Positions 8,863 to 18,252 of a DNA stretch of 64,000 nucleotides are shown here, one piece after another; positions within the stretch are counted from its first letter, which is position 1; the number at the start of each line of letters is the position of its first letter. Where the stretch lies: assembly GCA_027491915.1 (NCBI GenBank), contig JAOZGC010000003.1, positions 23,744 to 87,743 of the forward strand, read 5' to 3'. The DNA is from Thermoproteota archaeon. GTDB taxonomy: Archaea; Korarchaeota; Korarchaeia; Korarchaeales; Korarchaeaceae. The translations under genes and the position numbers were made by a program. The notes under the pieces were generated by a model. That model saw only the letters and a list, made by a program, of their open reading frames with translations, was not told the DNA's origin and ran no database searches.

Positions 8863-9342
8863 GTGGCGAAGAAGATCGTCAAGGTGTTGGTCGTCGGAGG
8901 CCGAGCTAATCCGGGTCCCCCACTGGGGCCTGCACTGGGGGGGCTCGGGCTGGACCTGGGGAGGGTGGTCGGCGAGATAAACAAGAAGACCGCGGACTAC
9001 GAGGGGATGAAGGTCCCGGTCGAGATCGAGGTCGACCTGTCCACCAGGGAGTACGAAATAAGGGTTGGACTCCCGCCGACCTCGATGCTCCTGGTAAAGG
9101 AGGCTATGGCAGAGAAGGGATCCGGCGAGCCGGGAACCAAGTCGGTCGGAGACGTCAGCATGGAGAAGGTGGTCGAGATAGCGAGGCGGAAGTTGGAGTC
9201 CATGAACACCACGAGCCTCAAGTCGGCGGTTAAGTCGATCTTGGGTACTGCCGTCAGCGCGGGGATCACCGTGGAGGGCAGGAACCCCAGAGAGATCATG
9301 GCCGAGGTGGACGAGGGCTGGTGGGACGATCTCCTGAGGTGA
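8863..9342 (+). CDS. rpl11: 50S ribosomal protein L11
   Basis: GGRANPGPPLGPALG, YEGMKVPV. Confidence 0.97.
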   Translation: MAKKIVKVLVVGGRANPGPPLGPALGGLGLDLGRVVGEINKKTADYEGMKVPVEIEVDLSTREYEIRVGLPPTSMLLVKEAMAEKGSGEPGTKSVGDVSMEKVVEIARRKLESMNTTSLKSAVKSILGTAVSAGITVEGRNPREIMAEVDEGWWDDLLR

Positions 9343-9347
9343 TATCC

Positions 9348-10046
9348 TTGTCGGCCAGGGCCAAGACGACTTTCGAGAAGGGCCTGATCGAGGCTGTCAG
9401 AGAGGCGATCGAGTCGGCTCCCAAGAGGAGATTCGTCGAGTCTGTCGACCTGACCGTCGTGCTCCGGAACGTGGATCTGAAGAGGAACCCCAACCTGAAA
9501 CTGAATGAAGTCGTGACGCTTCCCAACCCGCCCAAGAATAAGGCGCCCAAGGTGGCGGTCATTGGGAGGGGGGACTTCTCCTTGAAGGCCAGGGAAGCCG
9601 GGGCGGACATCGTGTTGGAGCCGGAGGATGTGGAGAGGATCGCGAAGGATAAGAGGGAGCTCAAGAAACTCGCCTCCAGGTTCGACTTCTTCGTGAGCCA
9701 GGCGGACCTGATACCCAGGCTGGCCAGGTTCCTGGGGCCCGTCCTCGGTCCCAGAAACAAGATGCCAATGCCTCTACCGGCTAATCAAGTAGACCGTCTC
9801 CCTGAGATCATATCTAAACTCAGGAGATCTGTTAGGATAAGGATGAGGGATCAGCCCATGTTCCACGTCAAGGTGGGATCCGCGGACATGACCCCCGAGG
9901 AGATTGCTGAAAATGCCGAGGCCGTGATCTCGGCAGTCGAGAAGAAATACGGCGACCTGAACTACATCGAGAGCATTTATGTGAAGACCACCATGGGACC
10001 GGCCGTGAGCGTCCGGTTCACGCCGGGGGCGAGGCGCGGGAGGTGA
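9348..10046 (+). CDS. rpl1: 50S ribosomal protein L1
   Basis: RRFVESVDL, LGPRNKMP, VKTTMGP; TTG 9348 after SD GAGGTGA. Confidence 0.97.
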   Translation: MSARAKTTFEKGLIEAVREAIESAPKRRFVESVDLTVVLRNVDLKRNPNLKLNEVVTLPNPPKNKAPKVAVIGRGDFSLKAREAGADIVLEPEDVERIAKDKRELKKLASRFDFFVSQADLIPRLARFLGPVLGPRNKMPMPLPANQVDRLPEIISKLRRSVRIRMRDQPMFHVKVGSADMTPEEIAENAEAVISAVEKKYGDLNYIESIYVKTTMGPAVSVRFTPGARRGR

Positions 10047-10852
10047 CTCCATTGCCCGAGGTGGTGAGGACCGTCCGGGAAACCCCCAGACAGAGAAAGG
10101 CCAGGATAATAGGGAGAATAAGGGAGCTCGCTGGGAAATATCCCGTCATAATGTTTGCAGACTTTGGGGGGATGCCATCTTCTGACTTCCAGAGGCTAAG
10201 GAAGCTCTTGGCCGGCCGAGCCAAGATCATGGTCGCCAAGAAGAGGATAGCCAGGGTGGCCCTCTCGGAGATGGACCGCCCAGGAATGGACAGACTGCTG
10301 GACGCGATTCCCGGTCAGCTGGCCATAATATTCACGGAAGAACCGCCTGGGCGGATATTCAGGGTGGTCTCTAACTTTCACGCGGAGGTTCCCATAAAGC
10401 CCGGCCAGGAGGCCCAGGAGGACGTGGTCATACCAGCTGGGCCGACCGACCTGCCGCCCGGCCCAGCCCTGTCGGACCTCAAGGCCCTGGACATCCCCAC
10501 CAAGATCCAGGGCGGAAAGATAGCTGTGACCAAGAGGATAACCATCCTAAAAAAGGGAGAGAAGGCCTCTCAGCAGGTGGCCGACGTCCTGAAACTCCTG
10601 GGAATAAGGCCAATTCGGGTGAGCTTGAGGGTGACCGGGGCCCTGGACGGGACTGGCCTGTTCTACTCTCCAGAAATCTTAGCGATAGGCCCCGAGGAGG
10701 TATCCAAGTGGATCTCGCAGGCCGCGGCCTCGGCGTTGAGACTGGCCGTCGAGGCGGCCTTCGTGACCCCGGAGACCGTGGGACTCCTGCTGGCCCTCGC
10801 CAGGGCCAGGGCCTCAGCCCTGGCGGGGGCGGCCGGCTTCAATAAAACTTGA
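10043..10852 (+). CDS. rpl10: 50S ribosomal protein L10/P0, short C-terminus
   Basis: VVIPAGPTDLPPGP, IPTKIQGGKI, LKLLGIRP; operon position. Confidence 0.95.
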   Translation: MTPLPEVVRTVRETPRQRKARIIGRIRELAGKYPVIMFADFGGMPSSDFQRLRKLLAGRAKIMVAKKRIARVALSEMDRPGMDRLLDAIPGQLAIIFTEEPPGRIFRVVSNFHAEVPIKPGQEAQEDVVIPAGPTDLPPGPALSDLKALDIPTKIQGGKIAVTKRITILKKGEKASQQVADVLKLLGIRPIRVSLRVTGALDGTGLFYSPEILAIGPEEVSKWISQAAASALRLAVEAAFVTPETVGLLLALARARASALAGAAGFNKT

Positions 10853-10854
10853 GC

Positions 10855-12390
10855 TCAACCGAGGATCTCCCTCAGGACTCTGGGGATCATCTTCAAGACG
10901 TCTGAGGCGGTCATGGAGTAAGAGAGCTCAGCCAGGGCCAGGTCTCCAGCCCGCCCAACCAAGAAGGCCCCCGCCGCCGACGCGCGAATTGGATCTCCGC
11001 ACTGGGCCATCAGACCGGCCACCGCTCCGGCCAAGACGTCGCCCGTTCCCCCAACCGTCATTCCTGGATTCCCGGTCAAGTTGAGCCTAGGCCATTCTTC
11101 CGGTCCCGGGGGGCACACCACGTCCACGTGACCCTTCAGCAGGACCGTGGCACCCAGCTCCCGGGCGCCCCTTAAGCAGACTCCCGCCCTCTCCCAGACG
11201 TCCTCCGGCGGCGTCGGGCCAAACATCCTGGAGAACTCGCCGGAGTGGGGTGTGACTACCAGCTCTGGCCATCCCCCCACCCTGCCAACCTGCCTGAGCC
11301 CGTCCGCATCCACGACAGTCAATTTCCTTGCTTCTTTCAACATTTTAAGCAGCGCCCGGACCGCCCTCCCGGTTTCCTCGCGCGCCCCGAGTCCGGGTCC
11401 GACCACCACGGCGTCGGCCCTCTCAACCTCGGGTATCAACTCGTCCAGGTGGTCCGGGGTCAGGACTCCCCCGGGCAGGGGGAGGACTATCAGGTTTGGG
11501 TCCAGGGACTTCGCGGCGGCCGCCGCCGGGGACGGCGTTGCGAGGATCGCCAGGTCGGCGCCGGAGGCCAGCGCCGCCTTGGAAGCCAACGTCGGCGCGC
11601 CAGAGTACCTCTCGCTGCCGGCTATGATGAGAACCCTGCCGAAATCTCCCTTGTGAGACCAGGGCTTCCTCTCGCCGAGCGCTACCCTCAGGTCCCCGGG
11701 GCCCGCCACGAACAGGGACTCCGGTGGGGCCCCGACATCGGCCACCACGACCTCTCCCGCCTCTCTCCTCTCGAGCCCCGACTTCGGACAGTGGAACGTT
11801 ACGGTGACGTCCGCTCTGACGGCCTCGCCCAGGACCTCTCCGCTGAACGCATCTATCCCGGTTGGGACGTCGACCGCCACGATCTTGGTGCTGAAGTCGC
11901 GAAGTGAATTCAATATTTTTACTGCCTCGAGCACCCTCCCTCTGAGCCTCCCCAAGGCCCCCGTCCCGAGGAGGGCGTCCACCGCCAGATCCCACCCCAG
12001 ATCCGGGTCGAAGGACGAGAGATCCTTCACCTCGACCGTCAGCATTCTCCTGAGCCTGGACAGGTTCTCGGCTGCCTCGGGGGTCTTAGGCTCCCCTATC
12101 AGAAAGACGTGGACGTCGGCTCCCAGGGCCGCCAGCCTCCTGGCGGCCACGAATCCGTCCCCTCCATTGTTTCCCCTTCCTGCAAACACGGCTATTCTCT
12201 TTTCGCGCGGATCCCCTCCGAGGAGGCGAACGACCTCTCCCGCCACCGCTCCCCCAGCGTTCTCCATGAGGGTCAGCCTGTCGATCCCCAGCCACTCGGA
12301 ATTGTACTCGAGGGCCGTCAGGTCCTCTCTGCTCAGCCCTCGAGAGAACCTCCCAAGTAATGGGAGTAAGACACCATGGCGTCCCTCCAC
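10855..12390 (-). CDS. nnr: Bifunctional NAD(P)HX epimerase/dehydratase (YjeF)
   Basis: LMENAG, GNNGGDG, SHKGDFG, TPHSGEF, GGTGDVLAG. Confidence 0.95.
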   Translation of the reverse strand: MEGRHGVLLPLLGRFSRGLSREDLTALEYNSEWLGIDRLTLMENAGGAVAGEVVRLLGGDPREKRIAVFAGRGNNGGDGFVAARRLAALGADVHVFLIGEPKTPEAAENLSRLRRMLTVEVKDLSSFDPDLGWDLAVDALLGTGALGRLRGRVLEAVKILNSLRDFSTKIVAVDVPTGIDAFSGEVLGEAVRADVTVTFHCPKSGLERREAGEVVVADVGAPPESLFVAGPGDLRVALGERKPWSHKGDFGRVLIIAGSERYSGAPTLASKAALASGADLAILATPSPAAAAAKSLDPNLIVLPLPGGVLTPDHLDELIPEVERADAVVVGPGLGAREETGRAVRALLKMLKEARKLTVVDADGLRQVGRVGGWPELVVTPHSGEFSRMFGPTPPEDVWERAGVCLRGARELGATVLLKGHVDVVCPPGPEEWPRLNLTGNPGMTVGGTGDVLAGAVAGLMAQCGDPIRASAAGAFLVGRAGDLALAELSYSMTASDVLKMIPRVLREILG

Positions 12391-13484
12391 TCCGCCTCAC
12401 CCATGAGCCCCCTTTCCATCTGCCACTTCTGCAGCCTGTAGAGCGGCTCCAGAAGGGAGGGGTCTGCCTCCAGCCTGTCCCTGATTGGCTTAAATCGGTT
12501 CGTCAGGTACTCGGCCACGAAGTTCTTCAGGTCCTGGGGGTGCACCAGCCCATTAACGTACGCGCTCTCCAAATCGCGGTAGCTGCCGATCTTCAGGTCC
12601 CCCCCTCCGGCTGCCTTGGATCTGGGCAGGCTCACCTCACCGAGATCGTGGAGTATGAAGTACTTGAAGGCCGCCAGGATGGGATTAATCAGCCTTCCGG
12701 CCTCGTCGTACTGAGGGGCACCGCCGGGCGGACAGAACGCCATCCGGATCTTTCTTCTTATCACTTCCGGAGGATCGTGGATGGCAATGTGCGATTTGGG
12801 TATCGAGCTGCTCATCTTGCCACCCTCGATCAGCCCCGGGATTAGGGGGGTATGGAGCGCGACCGGAACCCACTTCTCATGCCTCAGTCGGACCGGCGAC
12901 GAGAAGAGCTCCCTCGCGAGTGCGTGAATCTTCCTCTGATCCGTTCCGCCTATCGCCACGTCGCATCCCAGGTATAATATATCCAGCGCCTGCATTATCG
13001 GATAAATGTGCTGTCCCACGGTGGGGTGCTTGGTTTCCCTGGCTATCATGTCCATGGCCCTCCACGCCCTGGCGGTCGTCACCCTCTGTGAGAGGACCAG
13101 GAGATCCATTATGTAGTCGGGCGAGAGCTCGAACTCGCTCCCCAAAACGATCTCGATGGACGGGGAACCGAGGGTGCGGAAGGTCTCGGCCCAGTATGTC
13201 TCGGACACCTCCTCCAACAATTCCCTCGGTCCCTTCTTGTTGAGGAAGCCGTGAATGTCGGCCATGAGGGCCTTCGACCTGAATCCAATCTCGGTCAGCT
13301 CTGCCAGCTTCTCTATGGTCAGCAGGGTCCCCAGGTGGATCGGCCCCGAGGGCTCGTATCCTATGTAGACGGTCGGGTGCTCAACCTCGGTTAGGACCCT
13401 CTCGAGATCCGGGAGGGTCATCACGAACTCGTCCAGCGGTTCGGCCACGTTTCTCAGAACCTTCTGCAGCCTTGATCCGCCCAA
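12333..13484 (-). CDS. tyrS: Tyrosyl-tRNA synthetase
   Basis: YIGYEPSGPIHLG, YPIMQ, GGTDQRKIH, KMSSS. Confidence 0.93.
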   Translation of the reverse strand: MGGSRLQKVLRNVAEPLDEFVMTLPDLERVLTEVEHPTVYIGYEPSGPIHLGTLLTIEKLAELTEIGFRSKALMADIHGFLNKKGPRELLEEVSETYWAETFRTLGSPSIEIVLGSEFELSPDYIMDLLVLSQRVTTARAWRAMDMIARETKHPTVGQHIYPIMQALDILYLGCDVAIGGTDQRKIHALARELFSSPVRLRHEKWVPVALHTPLIPGLIEGGKMSSSIPKSHIAIHDPPEVIRRKIRMAFCPPGGAPQYDEAGRLINPILAAFKYFILHDLGEVSLPRSKAAGGGDLKIGSYRDLESAYVNGLVHPQDLKNFVAEYLTNRFKPIRDRLEADPSLLEPLYRLQKWQMERGLMGEAEWRDAMVSYSHYLGGSLEG

Positions 13485-13582
13485 CTGGCCTCCGGCGATC
13501 CCTCACCCGAAGTTATTAACGATGTCGCCGGGCGCCGACACCGTTAATTTATTGCCGGTCTCCCTCCGGGCGGTGGCGGCCC

Positions 13583-15043
13583 ATGCTGACCGTCAGCGAC
13601 ACGTTGACCGGTGACAAGAGACCCTTCGAGCCTCTGAACCCGCCGGAGGTCAAGATGTACGTCTGCGGCCCAACGGTCTACGACTCGCCCCACCTGGGAC
13701 ACGCTAGGGTCGCCGTCTTCTTCGACGTGGTGACCAGGTACCTCTCCCTGTTGGGCTACAGGGTTCGTTACGTGTCAAACGTGACCGACGTGGAGGACAA
13801 GATAATCAAGAGGGCATCAGAGGAGGGAACTGACTTTTTAGAGGTCGCCCGCAGGTACGAGAGGGAGTATTTCGCTGCCATGGCCTCGCTGGGGGTGGCC
13901 CCCCCTCTGATAGTGCCCCGGGCCACCGAGTACGTTGAGGACATGGTGGATTTCATATCGGGCCTGGTGGAGAAGGGTCACGCGTACGTCTCCGACGGTG
14001 ACGTCTACTTCGACGTCTCATCCTTTCCGGAGTACGGGAAGCTCTCTAAAGTGAGCGTAGAGGATCTGGTGGCGGGCGCCAGAGTCGAGCCGGGTGGGGG
14101 CAAGAGGAGTCCTGAGGACTTCGCCCTCTGGAAGGCGGCAAAGCCGGGGGAACCAAGTTGGCCGAGCCCGTGGGGTCCAGGAAGGCCGGGATGGCACATA
14201 GAATGCTCTGTAATGATAAACAAGACGCTCGGAGATCAGATAGACATTCACGGAGGAGGGAGCGATTTGATCTTTCCCCATCACGAGAACGAGATAGCCC
14301 AGAGCGAGGCCTACACCGGCAAATCGCCCTACGTGAGGTACTGGATGCACGTGGGCCTCGTGAGGGTGGCAGGGGAGAAGATGGCCAAATCCCTGAGGAA
14401 TTACTTCCTCGTTTCCGAGGCCGTGAGGAGATGGGGGGCCGGGGGGGTGAGGCTGTGGCTCCTCTCCGCCCACTACAGATCTCCCTTAGACTTCGAAGAG
14501 TCGGCACTCGACTCTGCGGCCGCCAGGTTCGCCAGACTGAGGTCTGCGGTCCTTAGGGCCGCAGCCTACGCCGCGAGGCGCCCTCTCCCGGGGAGACTCT
14601 CACCAAGAGACGAGGCCGCCATGGCGAGGGTCTGGGAGCTGAGGGACGACTTCCACCGCGCCATGTTGGACGACTTCGGGACGCCGAGGGCGCTGGCCTC
14701 CCTGGACGGGCTGGCTGGGGTGGTCGCCGAGGCGGTTTCGGGGCGGGGGTCCCCCACGATCGCCGCGGCGGCCGGATCCGAGCTCGTCCGCCTAGCTTCC
14801 ATACTCGGCCTCGACCTGACCGCGGCCGAGGTCGGTTCTGTTTCCGGGGAGGCGCCCGTGGAACTGCTGATCAAGGTTAGGACCGAACTCAGAAAGAGGA
14901 AGATGTGGGACTTGGCTGACGAGATAAGAGAGAGGCTCGCTGAGATCGGGGTAAAGATCGAGGACGTTGGAGAGGAGACCGTCTGGTGGTTCGAAGGCGG
15001 CGGAGGGAAGAAGTTCCCTGAGAGATCCGATCCGGGAGGTTAG
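13583..15043 (+). CDS. cysS: Cysteinyl-tRNA synthetase
   Basis: MYVCGPTVYD, HLGH, GRPGWHIECS, FPHHENE, KMAKS. Confidence 0.98.
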   Translation: MLTVSDTLTGDKRPFEPLNPPEVKMYVCGPTVYDSPHLGHARVAVFFDVVTRYLSLLGYRVRYVSNVTDVEDKIIKRASEEGTDFLEVARRYEREYFAAMASLGVAPPLIVPRATEYVEDMVDFISGLVEKGHAYVSDGDVYFDVSSFPEYGKLSKVSVEDLVAGARVEPGGGKRSPEDFALWKAAKPGEPSWPSPWGPGRPGWHIECSVMINKTLGDQIDIHGGGSDLIFPHHENEIAQSEAYTGKSPYVRYWMHVGLVRVAGEKMAKSLRNYFLVSEAVRRWGAGGVRLWLLSAHYRSPLDFEESALDSAAARFARLRSAVLRAAAYAARRPLPGRLSPRDEAAMARVWELRDDFHRAMLDDFGTPRALASLDGLAGVVAEAVSGRGSPTIAAAAGSELVRLASILGLDLTAAEVGSVSGEAPVELLIKVRTELRKRKMWDLADEIRERLAEIGVKIEDVGEETVWWFEGGGGKKFPERSDPGG

Positions 15044-15195
15044 ATCGGCCGCCGAGGCGGGGCTCGGGCGAGGCTTGGTCGCCAGAGGTGATCTATCTCC
15101 ATCCTCGCGAGGCTGGCCCTTTTCCCCGCCGATCGTCGGCCGATCTCGGCCGCCTCTCTCAACCATTTTGGAGTCGAGGAGAACCCTCTCAGGTG

Positions 15196-15256
15196 GGCCT
15201 CAGGCTAGGTCAGTGATCTCATGGCGGATCGTCGCCGTCACCAATCATCATCGGCC
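15196..15256 (-). ncRNA. Candidate C/D-box sRNA
   Basis: GGCC-G-ATGATGA(C)-12 nt-ACGA(D')-TCCGCC-ATGAGA(C')-13 nt-CTGA(D)-GGCC with terminal stem. Confidence 0.7.
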
Positions 15257-15257
15257 T

Positions 15258-15797
15258 TCACACGCCCCCGTCGCCAATTTTTAACGATTCTGCGATCTCA
15301 GCCGCCCGACTCAACGTCTCCCTCATGTTGGCAGTTTGTCTTCCCTCCCAGTAGGCCTTGCCGCATGATCTACAGACGTACACTTTCCTGTCCCTGGGGG
15401 CGCCCGGAGGAACCGTCCGAGCGCCGCCCGCGACCTCAAGCTCCCCCCCGCATTCTGGGCACCTGGATCTGTCTGGGTCGAACTCGAGCCTCACGCCAGC
15501 CTCTGCAGACAGCCAAGCGAGTACCCTCTCTATCCTATCCTGGGGGACCAGCAAGACCTTAACCCCCCTCTTTAGCGCCCTGGCCGCCAGCTCCCTGTCC
15601 CGAGTCAGCAGGGTGTAATTCCCCTCGGCGCAGGCCTCGACTACGTCTAGGTCTCCCCTCAGCCCCATCTGCCGCGGTTCGTGGGCCTCAAACCCCAGGA
15701 TCCTCAGCCACCTGAGCACATCCCCCAGCATAGAATCGCACAGGAAACTCTCCAACTCTCCGTACCCCTGGCGCACTGCCCAAGGCGGTCTATCCAT
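15258..15797 (-). CDS. Mut7-C RNase domain protein (PIN + Zn ribbon)
   Basis: FLCDSMLG..RWLRILG, LLTRD, SRCPECGG, CRSCGKAYWEG; true start probably ~14 codons downstream. Confidence 0.9.
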   Translation of the reverse strand: MDRPPWAVRQGYGELESFLCDSMLGDVLRWLRILGFEAHEPRQMGLRGDLDVVEACAEGNYTLLTRDRELAARALKRGVKVLLVPQDRIERVLAWLSAEAGVRLEFDPDRSRCPECGGELEVAGGARTVPPGAPRDRKVYVCRSCGKAYWEGRQTANMRETLSRAAEIAESLKIGDGGV

Positions 15798-15811
15798 CTA
15801 AAATTCGTCGC

Positions 15812-15978
15812 GGAGCTACCTGACCGAGTCCACCCGCGCGGGTTCTCCGGACAACCTCCGGACAGCCCAGCGGGGGCCTCCTCTCCGGGCAGGTTGACTT
15901 GACCGGTCTGGAGTCGCGGCAGCCCCGCGGTGCGGCCGGGGGATATCCCGGCCCAATCGGGACTCCCCCGGTAAGCTC
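15812..15978 (-). ncRNA. Candidate structured ncRNA of unknown family directly 3' of tRNA-Gln
   Basis: Nested helices GAGCTTACC/GGTAGCTC, GGAGTC/GACTCC, GGCCGGG/CCCGGCC, CGCGG/CCGCG, GACCG/CGGTC, TCCGGA/TCCGGA; strand uncertain. Confidence 0.5.
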
Positions 15979-15982
15979 AGCG

Positions 15983-16084
15983 TGGTAGCCCCGCCCGGAT
16001 TCTCGCCCGATCCGATCGATCGGGATTCGAACCGGGGTCCCCAGGTCCAGAGCCTGGTGTGCTTGGCCGCTACACCACGGGGCT
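15983..16084 (-). tRNA. tRNA-Gln(CTG) with 26-nt non-canonical T-loop intron at 59/60 (16000-16025)
   Basis: A1:U72; CCAGG-CTCTGGA-CCTGG; BHB with central helix TTCG/CGAG and AA|T bulges. Confidence 0.94.
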
Positions 16085-16153
16085 GTGGTGGCGATGTCTC
16101 CGTCGGATAAAAATGTTGCCCCGCTCGCCCACGCCTCCCTCGCCCCAGATCTC

Positions 16154-17326
16154 TCATCCCCGGCCGGGATCCACCGACGTTTCGGTCCCCCGCCGAGTCC
16201 CGGCTATGGCAGACCTGACCGCCTCTACCGGATCCTCAAACACCGTCAGCCCAGCCTCCCTCAAGATCCTTCTCCCCTCCTCTGCCGCGTTGCCTGACAG
16301 CCTGACGTACAACCTGTTACTGCTCAATCCGACGGACTCCACCGCCTCGACTATCCCCCGGGCGACCTCCTCTCCCGAGGTTATGCCGCAGAGGGCGTTG
16401 ACCACAACATTCCGGACCCGAGGATTTGACGTTATGATCTCCATGGCGGCGGCCACCCGGTCGGCCGACGCCCCCCCACCGACGTCGCAGAAGTTCGCGG
16501 GTCGCCCGCCCATGAGGCTCACCAGGTCCATCGTCGCCATCGCCAGGCCAGCCCCGTTGGCGACGGTCCCCACATCCCCGTCCAGCTCGACGTACGCCAA
16601 TCCAGCCTCCTCGGCCTTCGCCTCCCGTGGATTAGCCCTGACGGAAGGTCTCCTCCCAAATTCTTTGTGCCTGAAGAGCGCGTTGTCGTCCACCTCCAGG
16701 TGGGCGTCCAGGGCCACGGCCGTCCCATCTCCGAGCAGGCCGAGCGGGTTAACCTCGAGCAGCAGCGCGTCTGTGTCCACGATCAGCCTCCAGAGGGATG
16801 ATATGACGTCGGCCACGGCCCGGGCGGCAGCCCTCCCCCCATCGCCGACCGCGTTGGCCGCCAACCTCCTGGCCTGATGGGGCAGCAGGCCCAGGAGGGG
16901 ATCCACCTCCTCCCTCAGGAGATCGTCTGGGTACCTGCGCGCGGCCTCCTCTATGTCCATTCCCCCGTGGGGGGTCGTAACGAAGACCATCGACCTGGAG
17001 GATCTGTCCAGGACGCACCCCGCGTACACCTCATCCTCGACGTCGATGAACTCCTCCACCAGCAGGCCCTCCGGCCTGTGCCCCGAGAACTCTCTGGATA
17101 GGAGATCGCGGGCCGTCCTCTCCGCCTCTTCCTCATCCCGCACGATCACCACCCCGCCGGCCTTCCCCCTGCCTCCCACTGGGACCTGAACCTTGAGGAC
17201 CGCCGGCCACCCCACCTCGTCCGCCGAGCGAGCGGCTCCCTCTGGATCGGCGGCGAACCGGTACCTTGGAGTCGGCACCCCGGCCGCCCTGAGTAGATCC
17301 TTGGCCTCCCTCTCCAGCAGCCTCAT
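16154..17326 (-). CDS. sucC: Succinyl-CoA ligase beta subunit
   Basis: GGRGKAGGV, EVNPL, NGAGLAMATMD, PANFCDVGGG. Confidence 0.96.
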   Translation of the reverse strand: MRLLEREAKDLLRAAGVPTPRYRFAADPEGAARSADEVGWPAVLKVQVPVGGRGKAGGVVIVRDEEEAERTARDLLSREFSGHRPEGLLVEEFIDVEDEVYAGCVLDRSSRSMVFVTTPHGGMDIEEAARRYPDDLLREEVDPLLGLLPHQARRLAANAVGDGGRAAARAVADVISSLWRLIVDTDALLLEVNPLGLLGDGTAVALDAHLEVDDNALFRHKEFGRRPSVRANPREAKAEEAGLAYVELDGDVGTVANGAGLAMATMDLVSLMGGRPANFCDVGGGASADRVAAAMEIITSNPRVRNVVVNALCGITSGEEVARGIVEAVESVGLSSNRLYVRLSGNAAEEGRRILREAGLTVFEDPVEAVRSAIAGTRRGTETSVDPGRG

Positions 17327-17379
17327 CCGGCCGCGCCGCCCTGAGAAACCGATTTAACCTTGAACCGCCGCCCGGCTGG

Positions 17380-18252
17380 ATGCCGGCGATCCTGAGGGGG
17401 AACTTGCCCACCCTGGTCCAGGGCATAACCGGAAGGCAGGGGCGGCTCCACACCAGGCTGATGCTGGACTACGGCACAGAGATCGTCGCGGGGGTCACCC
17501 CGGGGAGGGGGGGCTCCAAGGTGGAGGGGGTCCCGGTGTTCGACTCGGTTGCCGAGGCCCTGGATGAGGTCGGCCCGATCGAGGCCTCCGTAATATTCGT
17601 CCCGGCTCCCCACGCCTACGACGCCGTCTTGGAGGCGATCAGATCTGGGATAGGTCTCGTCGTGGTGATAACCGAGCACATCCCCGTCCATGACGCTATG
17701 AGGTTCATCAGGTACGCCAGGCTAGTCGGCGCCACGGTGATCGGACCGAACACCCCGGGCCTGATAGCCCCCTCCCTGGGGGTCAAGCTGGGGATAGCCC
17801 CTTCGTCCGCCTTCTCCCCCGGATCAACGGCCATAATATCCAGGAGCGGGACCTTGACCTACGAGGTCTCCCTCTCCCTCTCATCCGCGGGCTACGGCAC
17901 TTCCATAACCATCGGCCTGGGGGGCGATCCGGTCACCGGATTGGACTTCGTGGACGTGCTGGAGGAGGTCAGGTGCGATCCAGACACGGACTCCGTAGTC
18001 TTGGTGGGTGAGATAGGAGGGACTGCTGAAGAGGAGGCGGCCGAATACCTCTCTAGGGGATACCCCAAGCCGGTGGTAGCCTACGTGGCCGGGAGGACCG
18101 CCCCCCCGGGGAGGACCATGGGGCACGCCGGGGCGATAATCTCCGGGGGGCGGGGCACCGCCGAGAGCAAGATCAGGGCCCTAGAGGCCGCCGGAGTCCC
18201 CGTCGCCGAGACCCCCTTCGACATCCCCAGGCTGCTCTCCGGCCTCCGCTGA
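17380..18252 (+). CDS. sucD: Succinyl-CoA ligase alpha subunit
   Basis: VQGITG, GPNTPG, SRSGTLTYE, MGHAGA. Confidence 0.96.
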   Translation: MPAILRGNLPTLVQGITGRQGRLHTRLMLDYGTEIVAGVTPGRGGSKVEGVPVFDSVAEALDEVGPIEASVIFVPAPHAYDAVLEAIRSGIGLVVVITEHIPVHDAMRFIRYARLVGATVIGPNTPGLIAPSLGVKLGIAPSSAFSPGSTAIISRSGTLTYEVSLSLSSAGYGTSITIGLGGDPVTGLDFVDVLEEVRCDPDTDSVVLVGEIGGTAEEEAAEYLSRGYPKPVVAYVAGRTAPPGRTMGHAGAIISGGRGTAESKIRALEAAGVPVAETPFDIPRLLSGLR

